From contig CM059432.1 of NCBI GenBank assembly GCA_030390025.1, positions 55,244,001 to 55,308,000 of the forward strand: a stretch of DNA of 64,000 nucleotides, written 5' to 3'. This DNA comes from Squalus acanthias. Taxonomy: Eukaryota. Position 1 is the stretch's first letter. The number at the start of each line of letters is the position of its first letter. The notes beneath the pieces are model-generated. The model was not told where the DNA came from, made no database searches, and was given only the letters and a program-made list of their open reading frames with translations. The position numbers and the translations under genes are program-made. This document shows positions 61,810-64,000 of the stretch, in pieces.

Positions 61810-62070
61810 TGAGTTTTGAGAGTGAGCGTCAGTTGGACATTGGATCTGGAGGGGCATTACAGCTGAGCTTGATCTAATCTTCCCCACGGTCCCGATACCC
61901 AAGCCCTTCCAGCAGGGGTCATTTCATAGTGATTAAGAGCTGAAAGTCAGGATGATTTTAGCTTCCCTAATCCAGAAGTACTGAAGTTAATCGTTGTGTC
62001 CCTACTTGATTTAACACAGACTGGAGACTGAACCTGGGACATTTCACCTGCTGACTGGATAAAGTCACTG
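61810..62070 (-). mobile_element. Degenerate LF-SINE-like element
   Basis: Reverse complement resembles LF-SINE as I recall it (gtcccaggttc...gtctgtg.t.a.t...tagggaa...aaaatca...tgacccctgctggaa). A similar + strand head is at ~11565-11690. Confidence 0.55.
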
Positions 62071-63157
62071 AGCCACTGGGAAGTCAGTAATGATTATTTT
62101 GTGCTTAAACTGAGGAGTTTCAGCATCAGTACCCCATGAAGAACATTAACAATCTTTACTTTCTTTTTGGTATTTCTGTTGAGATTTTTGAAGTGGAATG
62201 GGCTCTGGCTGTTTAACCCTAGAAATAAGTTTTTGTAAGAATATATGGGTTACCTGACTGGACCAGACAAATTGCCATTTGTTAGCTAATTAAATACACC
62301 ACTTTCCACTTTTCTATTAGTCAAAGGTAAAGGAATATTAAGAATATGGTGATATCCCTAATTATGTGTTCATATCTCTTGCCACTCCCTATTCCATTCT
62401 GCAATCTGCGTGCAATACTTTTCAAAGTCACCAATGGTATTCTGTGTAATTTCAATCACCTTTTTCTATCTCCAGAGCATTATCCACTGCCCCACGCCAT
62501 CTCCTCTCTCCTCTTTATCAAGTAATATTTGGTTTTTGCTGTCCCATCTTGGCCTCATCTGTCGTCAACAATATTGACCATTCCATTCATTTCCATTTTC
62601 CACCTCCAGGGCACCGCTCCTACCTGTCCCAAAGTACTCACAAGATTACAAGATAATTATGGATGAAAATGCTATTCCATTCACCTTGGTTCATCCATCC
62701 TAAAAGGCCTTAAAGTTCCCTATTGCAGCATCCAATTGTTTCTTAAATAATTCCAAGTTTTTCACCTCCATTATTCTATCTAGGAATCCATTTCATGTGT
62801 TAATCACACTCTCTGTGAAGAACTTCCTGATGTCTATCCTAAACTTGTCTCTCTCAATTTAGTTGAAATAGTTTTCCACATTTAGCTTTTTTCATACCCT
62901 TGACTATCTTATATTCCTTGAAGGAGATCACTTTTCAGATGCCTTCTTTCATGGCTGAAAAACCCAAGTCTCTCCTATTGTGCCTGTAGCTCTTTGCTAG
63001 AACAATCCATGACTCCTAGGTCTCACTGTATCTCGTCCAATTGGTTTTTCTTCCCTCCCAACAAAATGATCCAGTGGTGTGACTGTCTGTCCAACATCAA
63101 GTGCTGGATGAGCTGAAATTTCCTACAGCTCAACAAAGACAAGATTGAAACAATCTC

Positions 63158-64000
63158 AATAGCAAAATACTGCGGATGCTGGAAATCCGAAATAACAACA
63201 GAAAACGCTGGAAAAACTCAGCAGGTCAGGCAGCATCCGTGGAGAGAGAAACAGAGTTAACGTTTCAGGTCGAAGACCTTCCGTCAGAACTGGAAAAAAG
63301 CAGGAAATGAAATAGATTTTAAAGCAAGTTTAGGGCTGGGAAAAGGGGGAGGGGAGGAAAGAACAAAAGAGGTCAGTGATAGGATGGAAAGCAGAAGAGA
63401 TTAAGAGACATTGAGAGACATTAAGAGATATTCAAGGCAAGAGGAGGTGGTAATGGGACATGTTAAGGAACAAAGGATGGCTCTAGATGAAGTGTGAATT
63501 GCGCTGGCAGAATGAAGGACAGCTGCCATGTGGGAGGGAAGAAAAAAAGGCCAAACAAAAAAGTGTGGATAAAAAAAAATATATAAAATAAAAAATATAT
63601 ATATGTGATACGGGCCGGGGTTATGATCTGAAATTGTTGCACTCTATGTTGAGTCCAGAGGGCTGTAGAGTGCTTAATCGAAAGATGAGGTGCTGTTCCT
63701 CGAGCTTACGTTGAGCTTCCGTGGAACAATGCAAGAGGCCGAGGACGGTGAGATCTGAGTGGGAATGGAGCGGTGAATTAAAGTGACAGGCCACTAGGAG
63801 CTCGGGGTCACCCTTACGGACTGAACGGAGGTATTCCGCAAAGCGGTCTCCCAATCTGCATTTGGTCTCCCCAATGTAGAGGAGACCACATCGTGAGCAG
63901 TGAATACAGTATACTAAATTGCAGGAAGTACAAGTAAATCGCTGTTTCACCTGGAAGGGGTGTTTGGGGCCCAGGACAGTGGGAAGGGGGGAGGTATAAG
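63158..64000 (-). mobile_element. Second Penelope-like element 3' end (GIY-YIG), continuing past the window edge
   Basis: ORF ending at 63621 is nearly identical to 43153-43860. Terminal repeat carries a hammerhead variant at 63255-63291 (core CUGACGG). Confidence 0.95.

Noticed and set aside
37446..64000. ABHD3-like exon 2 (KPQL...YYPT.WCWE)
   Set aside because: Not found by eye on the + strand. It probably lies beyond the window, though a diverged exon could have been missed.

Overview
Repeat-dense eukaryotic DNA, almost certainly from a cartilaginous fish (shark). The basis is HE1-type V-SINEs, DeuSINEs, shark-type CR1 LINEs, Penelope-like elements and abundant PIF/Harbinger elements. Two host genes lie on the + strand. 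The first is the last three lectin-domain exons of a collectin-12 (COLEC12/SRCL)-like scavenger receptor (492-628, 10656-10765, 14518-14660; terminal exon unresolved). The second is the first coding exon of an ABHD3-like alpha/beta hydrolase (37284-37445); I did not find its exon 2 in the window. Almost everything else is nested transposable elements. Most ORF-track entries are TE fragments or spurious frames. The most notable observations are: minimal hammerhead ribozymes on Penelope-derived termini, including one split by a Harbinger insertion at its cleavage triplet; a SINE that has taken a new 3' tail from a young CR1; a Harbinger series running from a two-gene element to double-deletion and fold-back derivatives with readable junctions; a CpG-rich CsRN1-type Gypsy fragment; a solo LTR; and a possibly paralogous COLEC12-like/ABHD3-like pair with an altered sugar-binding loop. 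All of these are variants of known system types. I found no evidence for a wholly new protein-coding system. Coordinates were read by eye, and TE boundaries without a TSD are approximate.
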